Assembly (NCBI GenBank): GCA_002633005.1
Contig: NMRA01000107.1
Coordinates: 601,169 to 665,168, forward strand
Source: Phoronis australis
Lineage: Eukaryota; Animalia; Phoronida
Reading direction: 5' to 3'
Length of the DNA: 64,000 nt
Part shown: positions 11,283 through 26,400 of the stretch, in pieces
How the letters are laid out: each line of letters opens with the position of its first letter
Position numbering within the stretch: position 1 is the stretch's first letter
The notes under the pieces: model-generated
Database searches by the model: none
Told to the model about the DNA's origin: nothing
The model's input: only the letters and a program-made list of their open reading frames with translations
Made by a program: the position numbers and the translations under genes

Positions 11283-14200
11283 TGTCTCTATGCATTTTCA
11301 AAAATGTTACTACGTTTGCACTCGTGCGACATCTACCAGACGCATTCGCTATGAAACAAAACAAGGAGAATAATACCAGAGTTGATCGCGAAGTATGGCT
11401 AATTAGATTTACAAAAAAATGGAGTCACGAAGTGTGAAGCACGGAAGTGAATTTTGCAGTTCACCAAAAATCTCAAGTCGAGGCATTTTTAGAGCCATTG
11501 ACTTGATTCTCGCGATGGTTTCCGGGCGCATCAGTGAGTTTCGTAAAATGCCTAAAAAACTTGCATTTCAACGTTTTTGGCTCGGGTCCACCTTATTAGT
11601 AGTTCTTCGGACTGGTGCACCTTCGACTCGTGAGCTGTTTCCCCTGGTGAAAATCACTACACAACTGAGTGGACATCACAAAGACGAAATGTTTAGTCTG
11701 ATTACACAATAACACATGACCAACAATTGTGAACATCCTAGACCACGGCGATACTTGTGCCAAAGAATCCCGTGACCAGCATGGTGTAAACAAGTACAGT
11801 GGGCTGTCTTAGAAGTGTCCTACACGTACTGGGGGAACACAAGGGGTCACCATTCAGTGCTACACACTGGGTAAATACAGAGGAGTCGTCATTCAGGGCG
11901 TGAGTAAACTTGCGCGGCAAATCGTGACTCATCAGTTCAGATTATAAAGTTGTGTACTGTGTGATAAACTTGATTCTCGAGTACCGTATTTTTTTGATAA
12001 GCAGAAACGTCATCGTTTAAAATGGTACTAAACCCAGCTCTGGCCTATGAACAGCAAAACGACGTTTCCATCCAATTCTTTGAAACAAAATAATACTCTT
12101 TAACACTCGCAACTCCTACATTCAAAATCTGCTAAACAAGCGTGACCTACGCACTTAGCGAATTACTCGGCATGTGGGGAAGTCAACCCACCAAGAACCA
12201 CAATAACCAAACTGTGACATAGGGAGCATGAGTTTCAAGTTGATTCCAACCATTATCTCTTAAGATTGGCCTCAGCGATGCCTTTACAGGTGAAGTAATG
12301 AGGATTGGTGGAAATCATCAAAACAGGGTTTAGTATCCTATTTTAAAAGCTTCTTGATGAATGCCTGCCATCTTTTTGCGACAAGCTGGGCAAACTTGAA
12401 CACTGTCGATTGAAGAGCATAGTAAGTAACTGATAATTTAGGTTTTATTTCCAAGAAGAGTACAGTTACCATGACAACCATCAGATCTTCACAGAGGTCA
12501 ACTGAACAACAAAAGAGAGGCTTGAATACAACAATAGACATGATGAACAACCAGAACAGAAGAACAAGTCCAGGAATAATGAGGGTACATCCACGAAAAT
12601 GTGGGTAAACATAAAACAGAAAATATCAGTCAAACTTTTCTGCTATTCTAACTACTAACCATGAGGATAGAGGGCGCAGCATGCTTCACACAGACAAATG
12701 TAAAATGTTTCAAAACACAACCCAGGAATTTAGAATTTTAACATTTTTAATCTTTGAAGTTGTGACAAGTTTAAAAACCATTGACTTTCTAAAGCCTATT
12801 ATTTCATTGAAACACGCTGCCCTCAATTAGGAACTGGTTGTTCTACAGTGGAAACAGACATTCATGAACTATTGACTTGAGAGGTTGAAATTGTTAGAAC
12901 TACACTAACCAGAATACCTCTGAATGTCGTACTAGACACTGTCAGGCCAGTTTACAGGGTAACAACATTACTTCCAACTACCTTACATCTCGCTAATTCA
13001 CACGGTGTAATTGATTTTTTTACTTTTTCACAAAGATAAACAGGACAATTATTATTTTGAACTTCTATGACATAGCTAACATCAGACAATTGAAGAAGAC
13101 TTTGAAATGCAAAAGTAAACTTAGGCAGTTATTCTTGTACAGCATTGGTGAGACTTTAACAGAGAACAAATTCATCACTTTAAGTGCAGTGAAATTTGTT
13201 GGTGAAATGCAAACTATCCCTTGAATTACAAGAATACCCCGTGAATAATCAATACATCAATGTCAAACATTTTGTGGAGGAATTCTTTATTTTGGACCAT
13301 GACTGCAACAAGATGATAACATTTTGGATGAATCTGAGATAGCAAAAAAGTGAAAGTAAGTCAAAATGCCACTGAAAATTGTCCCTAATATCATTTTCAT
13401 TTTTGAAATCAGATGTAAAGTTAAATTCATTGTAAACCACAAACTGGGTCTTACTCTTTGCAGTGGCTTTCAATAACTCACAGCGACAAAGAAACCCAAT
13501 CTATAGAATTTACGCCAAAATATTAAAATGACCATTGGCAGGAAAAAGCTGTGCTACAGTGTAAATTAGCCCGAACTCGTACATTTATAATAAAATGTAT
13601 ACGTCTTCTAACTTTTTGGTCAACATGATGCTGAAGCTGTTAGACAGGTTGGACCAGCTTACTTAGTATTATAGTGTCAAATTGTATCAACAACAACCCT
13701 GGCTCTTTCTACATAAAAACTAAGAAGGTCAAGGTCATCAAATCAAATCCTTTCCACTACTGAAGACAACAAGTATGCGTGTACTCATTTTTGTACCACT
13801 TTTCATAAATTTGTTCAGCCAATCAAACGTGAATAATCCCCTCACTTCCGCTTTGCAGTCCTCTCTTCCACATCATATCTTTATTGACGCTGACAGGACA
13901 GCGATTACGTTTTACAGGCTGAACACATTATTTTAGATGCACAAATTTTACATTCACCTGACAAACTCAAATCAATGTCCTATCAGCATCTGGACAGCAG
14001 GGTTATATAACATTGTTAACTGAAGAAATAATCACCACCTTACTTCAAAGGGAAAGCACCAATTCAGATTTCACTCAACAACATTTTTAATCAAAGCTTT
14101 ACAGTGGTACTTGTGGTGTTGTCATAAAATACAAGCATGAACGAACATGCTGTTGCTAATCAAATTTGTTTGTCACATCAAAGAGCACATAATACAAAAT

Positions 14201-14333
14201 CTTGGTGCAAGTGTCTTTTACAGAGAAAATGATTTGACACTTAATGCTAGTCTGAGTGACTCACACGGCCATAAATGTTACCAAGAGCCATGCCCAATCC
14301 AACCCTATCTAACAGCTGGCAATAACATCACAT

Positions 14334-14482
14334 TTACGTGGTTGGACAGGTCTGCAGGTCGACTGTCCCAACCACTTGAGAAGACTCCAGATGGCGCATC
14401 TTGTCGTTGATCTTCAAGTTCCTCAAACATCCAACGTACTTGTCACGTGTCATTGTGGCATGACCACTTGGGTCAAAGTTAG
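14334..14482 (-). CDS. LAMA5: Laminin alpha last coding exon: NFDPSG...YVGCLRNL...GTVDLQTCPTT*
   Basis: Acceptor tttgcag, phase 1; TAA at 14334-14336. Confidence 0.93.
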
Positions 14483-17400
14483 CTGCAAAGGTTGGACTGA
14501 ATGAATGAAAACGTACGAAGAAATACATTTCTTACATTAGTGAAAACATTATTAAAGTAGCAATTTTTCGTTTGTGTAAGACTGTTTGTTGCTAATTCAC
14601 ATACTTTTGAATATACGCGATTTTATTTTTAAAACATACGAGAAAAAAACCCATGTTACTGCATAAATATGTTAATAAAATTAATTGATAATTTATGTGC
14701 ATTTTAATACAAATCAACAAAATTTCAGAAGATAAAAAGCGGCAAACTGCATTACAAAATATTTCCCTCATTTTTCCAAGGTCTATACCCATCCCAATGT
14801 GTAAACCAAACATCATACCTGGTACACCGCCAATATACAGTGGATGGTTGGTGTCTGTGGAGGACACATTGATGTCACCAACACCAGGCGCTACCTGTTT
14901 GTTGTTCACTTCCAGGAACAGAGTGTTCTTGGCCTTGATCACTGAAAATAAAGATGGAAGCTATACTTGCAAAAAGCTTGTATCTCATACTTTCAATATC
15001 TACAAATATGTAATTCTACATAGTTACATACACTCAGAAGAGCAAGGGTGAGATTACCAATACGTCTGATTGGATTTCTGTATTTGACCGCAGGTACCGA
15101 TGGCTCAGTGGACTAAAGCGTCTGCACGGTTAACAGAAGGTCCCAGATTTGAGTCCCGGTTGGGGCAGAATTGTTTTCAGACTTATATTCATTAGACCAT
15201 AGGTGGCCTACTGACCAGACTTAGAAATGTTTGTGACTTTCAATATCATTGCAAGTCACCTTAAGAAGCTGTGCTCAAATACTTGTAGAGGTGATGTGGA
15301 CACTTACCCTTAACAGAGTGCCACCTTCCATCACACAGTTCTGCCAGGAAGGACTTGGCTGGTGCGTAAATACTCTTCAGGTCTTTGTTACCATTACGGG
15401 CACCAGCAATAAGCTGTAGGGAGGAATGAGACAGAGAATTAGAAGTCACCAGAGGCTCCAGTCAATAACATCAGTCATTCATGGATGAAAGCTAGGTAAG
15501 TATGACTAAATGCTAAGCTTGTAACACATAGAGATATTTAAGATATATTCACAATAGAGAAGCCTTGAAGCAAGCAATGCAGACTAGAGCTTTGGTGAAT
15601 GCTAGTAGCTATGAACAACAAGTAACTAGTTCTAGGTCATGTAATGCAAAAGGTGGCAACTAAGTCCAATTCCCTTCAAATGCTAAAAACTTTGTTTTAA
15701 AATCAGTCATTAGGGCATGTTCAGTCATATTCTGTGTCAAGCTGTATCTCTGCAAAGGTTTTAGTATAGACCTAATTCACACCGACAGGAGGAGCGTTTC
15801 AAAACGAGGCTCGCTACGATAGTTCAGTTGACTTTTCGACTGGCATAGTTGTATTCCACGTTGCATGAACGGCTAGAAAAATATGGACATTCGACCGTCT
15901 GTTTTAAAATCCCTAAGGACGTTGAGATTCGGAAGCGTTGGGTCGCATGCTATATGCAGCGACGAAAGAAAATAGGTCCGTTTGAACATTATAAATGTTT
16001 AGTTCGAAAAGTTACAGGTAGATCATATTTTGTGTAGCATCTCGGTTCACAACCGGAGAATCTTTGGTCAGCCAGGCTGTATTTTCATGACTACGGGTTA
16101 AAAGATGACGCATTTTTCTTTCCAAAAAGGAAAGGCATCTCAATCCCCCGATTTTGGGGACGAATATCAGCCCTATTTCCCTCTCAAAAATATTGAAAAG
16201 GTCCCCGAAATTCTCCCCACGAGGCCTAAAAATTCCCCTAGAGTGATTGAAAAGTTCTCACCGAAGTTAAATCATCTGTAACCACACAGGTGACAATTTG
16301 AAAGAGCACAAAATGCTACTTGAGGTAGAGCTGAGAGGTAGATTTTAACTCTTACTAGGCAAAAAAATTCCCCTCTCAGAACTGGAAAGCAAAGGCATCT
16401 CATGGGCGGCGCAGCACTGAAAAAAGTGGGGGGCTAAAGCCCCTTCAGCCCCATGGTGCGCCGCCCATGCACCTCAGTTTCCCCTTTCATGAACGAGGCA
16501 TCTGAAGAAACATGATAACTATGCTTACTCTGTCCAGTTAACTGAAATTGAACTCTAAAACGAGGTTATGCTTTGGACGAACGAATTAGGTGTTTTAATT
16601 TTAAAATTCAACTTGGTCCAGGTTTGATATTTGGAACCTGTAACACATGAAATAGAGGTAAGAATTATTAAAGCCAAGAAAGCAGAATTTATGGTCAAAT
16701 AATTACTTGTGATGTGTGCAAGGGAGTGAATGAGAACCTGAATATAATGCGAAAGCGATTTCTGGGGCTGTGCTCGTTTTTAATTTTCTTTCAAAATTTA
16801 AAAAATGGTCAAATAATTTTTATTTTCAATTAGGAGCAAGTTTTTTATTTTTATAAAAAAATTATTTAATAACATCAGTTATTCTTTCAGATCAATGACA
16901 AATCAACTGTTAGTCCCGGTAGTCCCTACCTCACCAGGGCCTAGGCTATGCTTGATGTTAATATTCTTTATCAACAAATTAAACCAGATGTGACTAATTG
17001 CGCATGACTGCAAAATGCGATGAGCCACCACTGTTGAATATATCTTCAACTCGTCAACAGTACAAACAGATGACCTGATTCATATAGAAAACATTCTATC
17101 ATCAATTTACAAGAAGAAACGCAACCCTGCATTCAGCATAATACCTAATCCGTAACACTACGATCGCCGCAGTTTGGTAATATTTACTTTTCATGTTTCG
17201 AACCTGATTTTCCGAAAAAAAATTATACCCTTCCGTCAGACAACTCTTTGGTGCATTGACGTGTTCTCTAATGTATTTTTCTAAGTCTCTGTGGTTAATT
17301 ATTGACATATTTTTAAGATTTTAATACCCAGGTTGGACTCAAAAGACCGGCCATTTGACTCACGCAATGTCAACTTCCACTTTGTTTATCGCAGTGAGCC

Positions 17401-20400
17401 TCGCTTTGGATTTTAATGTCCGCGGCGTGAGTTAGGTCTATTTCTACCAGTGTTTAAGTTGTACTTAATGACCACCACTGGCTACATTTAGCCCATAACA
17501 CTGGTCACCCAAGCTCACACCAATGACAGCTAGGCCTCACCTGTCCGTCCACCAGCTGGATTATTAAGTAGTCACTGCCTGGGTTCATGACAGCAAACAG
17601 TACTCCTGACTTGACGCGAGGTCTCATTTCAAATGTGATCTCAATGTCACGACCAACACGGAAGTTGTCCTCTGCAATAAAAATGGTGTAATTTTTAGCA
17701 AAACCATCGATACACTGTTATCAAAAATTAAGTCGCTCCAAGAGCACAGGAGAATATCATTAGCAGACTGAGTTGCATTTACGTAATTTGTCTGCTTGAA
17801 CAAACTTGCCATAGAAAGTACAGCAGTTCTTACACATTGTCCAGCCACTCAAAGAACTACTCAAATATGGAACATGCAGCGTACGGTAGTCAGGCATCCA
17901 CTAAATCCTAGCAGTGTTAACAAAAATACAAGTAGAGTCCACAGGGTTTCGTCTTTTGACTTTCAACTAGAAATCAGTCTATGGATGGCTTGGCCTATTT
18001 CATAAAAACCAAGTGCAATTCAAAAGACAGAAATCCTTAACCTCCTCAACTGACAGTTGACGAAATATTTTGGGAATTGCAAAAGACAAAAATTAACTTT
18101 TGTCTACTTGTAGTCAAACTTTTGGTGTCAAACAACAAAAGCCAATGGACAGTTCAACAAACAGGACCCACATCTATGATCTACACGAATGCATATACTG
18201 TTCGTACAATACCATGTACACAAAGCAAAACTACAAATAGCTGCCAATGTTGATACATTTCAAGACCGTGCACTTATCTACACTCCCCAACAGGGTCTAA
18301 TTTTTTACTCAAACACGCAAATATGATAAAGCTATCACGACAACCATTGTGCCTACCCAGAATAAGATATCCAGGCTCTTTGCTGAAGAAGGTTCCCATT
18401 TCTACAGAGTCTGTACACTTGGAGAGCTCATGTGTGCGCGATGGTTTCAGGTGTTCCATATTGAGCTTGAAGTTTCTCAGGCATCCCTTGAAGTTCATGG
18501 CTCCAGTCTGAAACAGTATAAACGCCAATGTCTGAATGAGCGATTATACAGTACACAAAAATCAAGCTAAGCTTCATAACACTGCCATTACAAATTATGA
18601 CTGAACTGATGCTCACAAAACCGCACTCAAAATAATGCGTTCTTTCAAAGACTACTACGCTTGAGTTTTCCAGGAAATAACTTTACTTTCCACAAGTTTC
18701 CCAAGATATAATTTATATTTTTTCGTGACATATCCAGCATATCCATTTTTGGCACAGACACTTGACACCAAGTCAATTGATTCTTTCCTTAAACTATTGA
18801 AAGTCTCAAGTTGTGACGAGACTCGCTAACTGACGGTTTGGAATTTACACCGAGCTGTTTCTCTACCACTTACACCAAGCTGTTTCTTTAAATTCTCCAA
18901 TTTTGCAGCATCCATTCCACCGAGACCTCCCAAGTAGAATGGTGGTTTAGCCTCAATACTACGCGAGGAGCCCTTTGACCTTTTGGAGCCTATTCTGGTG
19001 CCATCGATGATCAGTTCACCTTGTCTGTTCCTACGCTTGAATACGACCTGTAAGTAATCAGAGTTAGACATTGCTCACAGATGTCAGCAGTTGGCTCAGA
19101 AATGTTAAAACCAATGCTGTTACACTGTGTGGAATCCTTCGGTTTAATTCTTGTTTGCAAATATTGTTCATATTTCCCAGTAGACAGTGCCATCATCTGA
19201 ATTGGCCCAGTTGAATTTCCGTTGATTTTGTGATATAGAAATAAATATTCATTATAAAAACATGAGTTTCCTGAATAACCTTTAGAAATTGTGTAAAAAT
19301 GTTATGTGTCAAAACTGAAAATCAAAGCGTTGCCACTTTGTAACTTCACAGATTTATTTATTTTTTGGTTATGTTGAAGCTATAATTAAAAACTTCATCA
19401 AATACTGAACTTTCATGTTGACCATTTTTCTGTGAATAAACAATTCCCATTCAAATTTCCAATTTAACAATGTTAAGTCATTAAACTGAGTGACCTCCAT
19501 ACCAGCACAATGTACAGCAGTATTGGTGACCTACTTAACTAAGCACACGCGGGGATTAGTCTGACCAGCAGCTCAGTGTTCAGGACATTAACTCTAAGCC
19601 AAACCAGGTACCCAGTTATGATGACAGGCAAATCTAATAAAAGGTCAAATACAACTCATGTCATTAGAATACAGTCACTCACGTAATTTGATGTAGGCAT
19701 AATTGTTTGACGTCACTAATTATTGACTGACCTTGATGGAAAAGTGGCCAGTAGTCTGATATAATACGTCTATATTTTGAGAACCAGTGGACAAAACAAA
19801 ATATGTGCTTTGTTTATGTGTGTGATCAAGTTAAATGAAACTTGCAAATGAATAGACAGATTGCTCTGGCTCTCAAAAATCATATTTATGAAATGTGTAT
19901 GTGTACAAGACTCAGATGAGAGGGTGCATATTGTACAAGTAGGTCGCGGATGAGTGTTTGTGTGTGTGTGTGTGTGTGTGTGCGTGTGTGTGTGTGTGTG
20001 TGAGCGCGTGTGTCGAAGACATGACACAGACCAGCCCAGTGAGAGGTATATACCTGATGCCATTCTCCATCACTGTACTCTCCAGTGGAGACCACCTGAC
20101 CAGGGCCTGAGCCAGGGTTGAATATGTAATGCACCAGACCTCCAGACATGTAGAGAGCCTGCATGTCACGCGAACCACCCATGTAGAATATCAAGCCATC
20201 GAGGGCACTAGTCTTAAATTCAATGCTGAACTCTGACCTGAAACATCACCAAGGTTACAAGAGGTCAAACACAAATCCCTCAATCTGAACAGAGAAAGCA
20301 TTTTATAAAAAGTCCACCGAAATGAGCAGTACTCCAAAAGAATATAGCTATTAGTAAGACTGCATTGAGTAAAAACCTGATGAAACCTACGTGTTCTGGA

Positions 20401-23400
20401 TATTATCATTTTAAAATTTAAAGCTGTTTCTTGTCAGTACTCACGTGCTATAAACTGTAAGAAATACAAGGTCTTTCAGAGTAATTGTGAGATGATTTCA
20501 ACAAGGAAATCAATCAGTTTGTGAAACTTACTGCCAGTTAAATGAACCAAAACTATTTAAACAATCCAAAAGTATTTGCTATAAAATTTAGCCCGTGGGA
20601 GAGAAATTGATAATTTCTTTTAAAAAAAGCGATCGTATCAACACTGTATTTGCTGGCTTACTGCTGCTAAGAAACACAACAGAAGTCCGTATTTACTTAC
20701 GATTTAGAATAGCCTGAAGTGAACGAGTCAAACTCAGCTCGGCTGTCAGAGCTCGTCCCAAACCTGAGGGCTGTCTCCTCTGTATCACTCACAGACGGTA
20801 CTACAGGGTTCAGAGGTAGAGCGCATTCGTCAGATGGCTGCTCAGCGCCCTCTGTGGCGGGTAAAGCTGAAACAACAAAATAGAAATAGAAGTCAGAACA
20901 GCAGAATGACAGCTTTAGTGATCAAACATAACTTACAAGAGATTTAATTAACACCTTAAAGATGCAAAATACATCAATGATGACAGAAAGTTAACAAAAA
21001 AAGCCAAGGTCACCAAGATGGGAGTTAAAAACGTGTGGTTTGCCAAATATAACAATACATATTTCATTATAATGAAAACCGAGAATAAGCTACAAAAATG
21101 TGTGAAGACTGCAGAATGCGAAACTGTGTGAGCTGAGCACGACGTTAAGCCATGTGGACACTACAGGATGCTAAATTGGGTTAACACTACCGAATGTCAA
21201 ACTGTGCGTACACTGCAGGATGTGAAACTGCATGAACATTGCAGGATGTTAAATTGTGTGAACACAGCAGGATATTAAACTGTGAGAAAACTACAGGATG
21301 TGAACCTATGTGAACACAGTAGGATGTTAAACTGTGTGAACACTGCAGGATGTCAAGCTGTTTGAACACTGCAGGATGTTAAACTGTGTGAACACTGTAG
21401 GATGTTAAACTGAGTGAACACAGCAGGATGTTAAACTGTGTGAACACTGCAGGATGTTAAACTGTGTGAACACTGTAGGATGTTAAACTGTGTGAACACA
21501 GCAGGATGTTAAACTGTGTGAACACTGCAGGATGTTAAACTGTGTGAAAACTGCAGGATGTTAAACTGTGTGAACACTGCAGGATGTTAAACTGTGTGAA
21601 CACAGCAGGATGTTAAACACACAGGACAACTAACAGGTCTTTACACATCGCTAAATGTCAATCACACTATGGTAAGTAATGTTTGTGAAAAATACAAACA
21701 AAATTATATAAAGTTAAACACAATTCCTATGTATATAATAATTCAAATGCAAGATATATTAAAACATAACAACACTGAGCCCTACTTACGATCACTAGTG
21801 GCCTTTATAGGCTCAGGCAAACTTGGTGATCTAGTGGTCGGAGCTATCGTCGTGACTACCGGGTCAACCAGAGGACACTTGGTGAAAGACACACCGACTC
21901 TGTCATTGGGTGGAACACTGGCGAAATCTTGTGGTCTTGAAAGAAGAAGTTGACGTCATATTAGTTTTAGTTTAATTAGGACCAAACATAGATTTACGGC
22001 TGAAAACTACTCGTTTTGGAAGCGCTTTATCAAAGATTGAGCTTCAAGAATAATGAACACTTATTTGATTAAACCATAACAATAACTGACACAAAAAAAT
22101 CACAACTTCTTGTTCCCAACAGGCCATCATTCAGAAAACACCCAGTTCCTTGGGGGCCATTAGTGACCACCATCACCACCCCAATAACAATCACATTTTC
22201 TGCCACCTTAAAGATAACCACTAGTACCATCTCAGGTGCAGCCAAGCATACAATAGCCCTGCTCAATGAAGCACAGATATGGTGCACATTGTGATACGGT
22301 GTCGCTTATGATAGGTTAAGTCTCAAACTGCACTACAGTAGCAACAAGGAATTGGAACAGTAACAACTGGATGGGACAGCAAAGAACAAACATGTCTAGT
22401 CCTGATTTCATACATATGTATGTATGTAAGCTATGTATGAATGTATGTATGTGTGTGTTACATACATACATACACACATACATACATACATACATACACA
22501 CATACATACATAGACATACACAATACACATAGTATCTTCAGTGACAGAAAATCTCCCTTGAGACCAGTTTTGTAGAACATGATGTTCCATTTGTTTTTAA
22601 TGACCTGAAAAGCTAATCGCAGTAACTAGCGCTCTATCACAGACATTAAAAACACAGGGAATGTCGTATTCAACAAAATATAAATATACATGTAATAGTT
22701 ATTTTACACTGTTAAGCTAGGGTGACCTAACCAAACTGTCTACTGTTTTCACTAGGGAGCTCCAGAATCAGAAAATGCAAAACAAAAAACGATGTGAAAT
22801 ACACACAATATGGCAGTACTACCATGCTCAATTGACCTTACGCCAGAAAATGAATAACAGGTGTGATTGACCAATCAGAATGCTGCATTCCGGACACTCA
22901 TCCAGACAGCATTTCAAGTCGCCATTTGTCCAACAAACATTAGTGTATGTAGGACAAAACACAGTGTGCATTTTAAATGGCCAAGAGGTGTTGTTGTGAT
23001 GTATGTAATTCAGACAGTTGTTATACCGACACAGATGAAAGTCCTGTCAATTTTTGGCCTTTTCCAAAGCCTAAAAGTGACTATGTAATGAGCAAACAGT
23101 GCCGTTAATTAAACTGCATGTACTCCCGCATGAGCAGCCTAGCCTGTCAACACTGTTTGACCACTCGAAAGCTAAATACAAGTATGTTCTAAGGTATGCA
23201 CTCTTTTTAATATTTCTTCCCAATATCGGAATTTTGGCTCTGGATTACAGTCTTGTTTAGTGTGTGACCCACCGCCTCTGCGATCACTTAGTGGTTCATT
23301 ATAGTCATACATGACAACCTTTTCCATAGCACTGATGAAAACGAGTTAAAATATAGTCAATCAAGAGTCAAAATGCATTGCATGCCTACCTGCTAACCTA

Positions 23401-26400
23401 TTAGAGGCTTTTACATCTATACTGACTGTGAGTGTTGTTATAGGCCTATTCGTAACTCCTCACTATTGGCCCTGTCAAGCAACTTAGGCTCGTGATATGT
23501 TATTATCTCGACAAAGATTGCCAGTAAAAGCCAAAGCAAAGGATTGAACACTTTATTATGAACATCGAAGAAAATGCACATTAATTACCGAAAATACTTA
23601 GCATTTTGGCGCTACGCCGTGGCACTACAGAAACGGCAAGCACGTACTGAGCAATACGCAGTGCCTGTATTGGGTCAGACACGTATGTAGTATGTAACTC
23701 TGATTAAAACAAGATTAGCAACATTTGGTCAGCAAGTGTGCTTTGTTTAGTCTGTATTCAGAGGTCATAATCACGGTCTCAAGTAATAACTGGGTTAGAC
23801 TAGTGTTGCTTCATCAAAATCACTACCTTTGAAATGTTAATTTGAATGGCAGTTATGCCGAATTTCGACTCGTTACGTGTGTCTGTCACGGCGCCGTCTC
23901 GACCATCGACGATCACTGGACACGGAATTCTCGGCTAAACTGTTACAATTACAGCTCAGTAGGTTTCTTGATCCCTCAATATTTTAGTAAAACGTTCGTT
24001 TTGCTTTGAGGGAAGAATTTTTATTCATTAAGGATTTTTACTATTATTTTTAACCGCATTCGACAGTGCAGTTTTTGTTGACGCTGATGTCAACTCAATG
24101 AGGCTCGTCGGATTTGCGTTGACTTCTGAAACATCCACGAGCGGTTTACACGTCAGTTGCCCTCGACATAAATCTTCACCCCATTCCCGTAGGAATCTTT
24201 TCTGAAGGTTCTTGCCTTTTGTCTTTGTCATGGCGAGATTCATAGGGACGATAATATTCGCCAAAGTCTGCGTGAATATCAGTTAGCACACCGGTCTTGC
24301 TTGACGAAGCCATTCTCTGATGTCGAACTTCCGCATCACGTGACATCATAGGCAGAGCGATCTTCTGCTGGCGTAAGGTCAATTAACTGAGAACATGCTT
24401 GCGCCTTCAAAACAGTTCACAGATACCTAACAGATTTGTCTCACAATAACACTGTTAGAACTTACTTAGAATTGACCGTCACTTCCCCCATGCAGCCGTC
24501 AAAGAACTGTGCAGTACCGGCAACATCTGGTTTTAGGTTGTAATCGGCAGGCACTCCACCAAAGAATAGTTTGGAGTCAGTGTTCAATTTCTTCTTACCA
24601 GAGGTGGCAGTCAAGAATACATTGTCTTCATCATCGATGCTCAAAGAATACCTGAAACAACGATTGAGATAGTTGTGTTAGGATAGCATTTTGCAGTACA
24701 AAGCATTTATCCTGAAAAAACCTGTTTGAAGTTGGGAGGTACGGATACAAATACCACATAACAGTCAAGCAGCGGCCGCTGACGAGCGCATTGTTCGTAT
24801 GAGAACGAAACAAAGGATAGTAACAAGCTCTTACCAAATTTTCATAAAGAAATGTATCTTGACCCACTATATAGAATATCATGCCAGTTTATGGTTTTGT
24901 GATGAGACAGTCGAAGGCAAGAAAGTATCAACCCTCTCACATATCTTGATTTCATTGACATCAACAAATCTAACAAGGGCAATGTACAGTTGTCACTGTA
25001 GTTTATTTCACCAAAATGTCCAAAGGTGGCGCTACAGAGAAGGTGACAACTTAACCATGCACCAACTTACAGCTGGCCTTTCTTGTTGAGAGTGATGTAA
25101 TGCCACAATCCATCGTTGTAGTTTCTTCCCACAGTTTCAACACGGATGGGCTCTGGACCAGCATTGAGAGCAGTACAGACGATCCTGCCGTTGACCAGGG
25201 CGAGAGACAGGGCATGTGTCTGGAATGAAAAACAAACACTACACATCTTGCAATAGGTCAGTTTGTTTTAACCAAGCTGAGACTCATCGCACTTAATCAA
25301 TCACCGTGAAAATGTTCTTTAGAATTAAGCTCCGCTTTAAACAATAGTTTATAATCAGATAGCTGTGCCACTTCGCGAGGAAATTGTTTTTTTAACCAAT
25401 AACATGAATTTTGAAAAACATTAACAGTAGGCAACTTTGAGTTTGAATGACATTCATTAGTTACATAGTCTTAAAGATATCAGCTACCAAAGTCTGTTTT
25501 TGAATAAGTATTCAGGACAGCAATGAAAAATAAATGCTTAACTTTTGCAAAATCCAAATCACACATTTAAAAAAACACAAAAATTAATAATTGCCTTGAC
25601 GCAGAATTGAACGACCACCTTCAATCCAGAATTATTTCAGTACCATTTTTACACTGTACAATAACACCGACTGCTTCACAAGATGGCATCATAAAAACGC
25701 TTAGTAACATAATGTGCCTACCTGTTTAGCATTAGCCACATGGAAGATTAAGCCTGTATCATTGGTCGTCCTCATCTTGAGCGTCATCTCAAACTTACTC
25801 TTAACATTCACAGCTGGCATGGCAACATAGGCCGGCTCATCAGCGCTCATGTACACTTCCTTGTTCTCCTACAAAAGTAAGTCAGTGATTTAAATAGCGT
25901 TACATTTGAGCCCTTGATCATAAAGGGGAGAGACGCGTTGAAAGCTGAATGAGCTTTTGTTGTCTCAGCTCCAGGAAATCAAAGATTCAAAGTGTCCAAA
26001 TGGCACCATTACCAGAGTAGCCTCTTCAATGTAAATCACTGGTCTCCTAAAATACCCAGACAGAATAGGCAGGTAGACCAATGGGAGAAGACCAACTAAA
26101 AATATATATTACCAGTACAAAGACAAAAAAAATAAAAAATTCAATCACACAAGAGCAAATAAAGAAATAGCTGCAAGGTGGCGCAAAATGTGTTGAATCT
26201 GTACAGAAATGCAAAGGAAAAGAAAACTCCCTAGTTGAAGAAATTCAAACAAATCCAGAGATGATCTCCATAGATACACAGGCAATTTCAAAAAAAATTA
26301 CCACTAGGGGTATCCGAAATGGTCTGAAATGCATTATCGTATGTCATCAGCTCCACAAGAAAACATCTGCCAAATTTCACAAAGCTCCTTCAAAGGGTTA

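Noticed and set aside
12444-13885. Laminin poly(A) signals (minus-strand AATAAA at 13880, 13286 and 12444)
   Set aside because: Several candidates in AT-rich DNA; cannot choose among them without transcript data.
15093-15167. Functional tRNA gene
   Set aside because: The acceptor stem and T-loop are degenerate (GATTTGAG rather than GGTTCGA); treated as SINE or pseudogene.
21158-21620. Regular short repeats resembling a CRISPR array (also 43816-44065 and 60160-60425)
   Set aside because: Head-to-tail units with no unique spacers, in eukaryotic introns, with no cas genes; these are minisatellites.
23620-24415. CpG-richer intronic block with short ORFs (also 53036-53520 and 11420-12020)
   Set aside because: Probably TE remnants, but I could not find convincing TIRs, TSDs or protein motifs.
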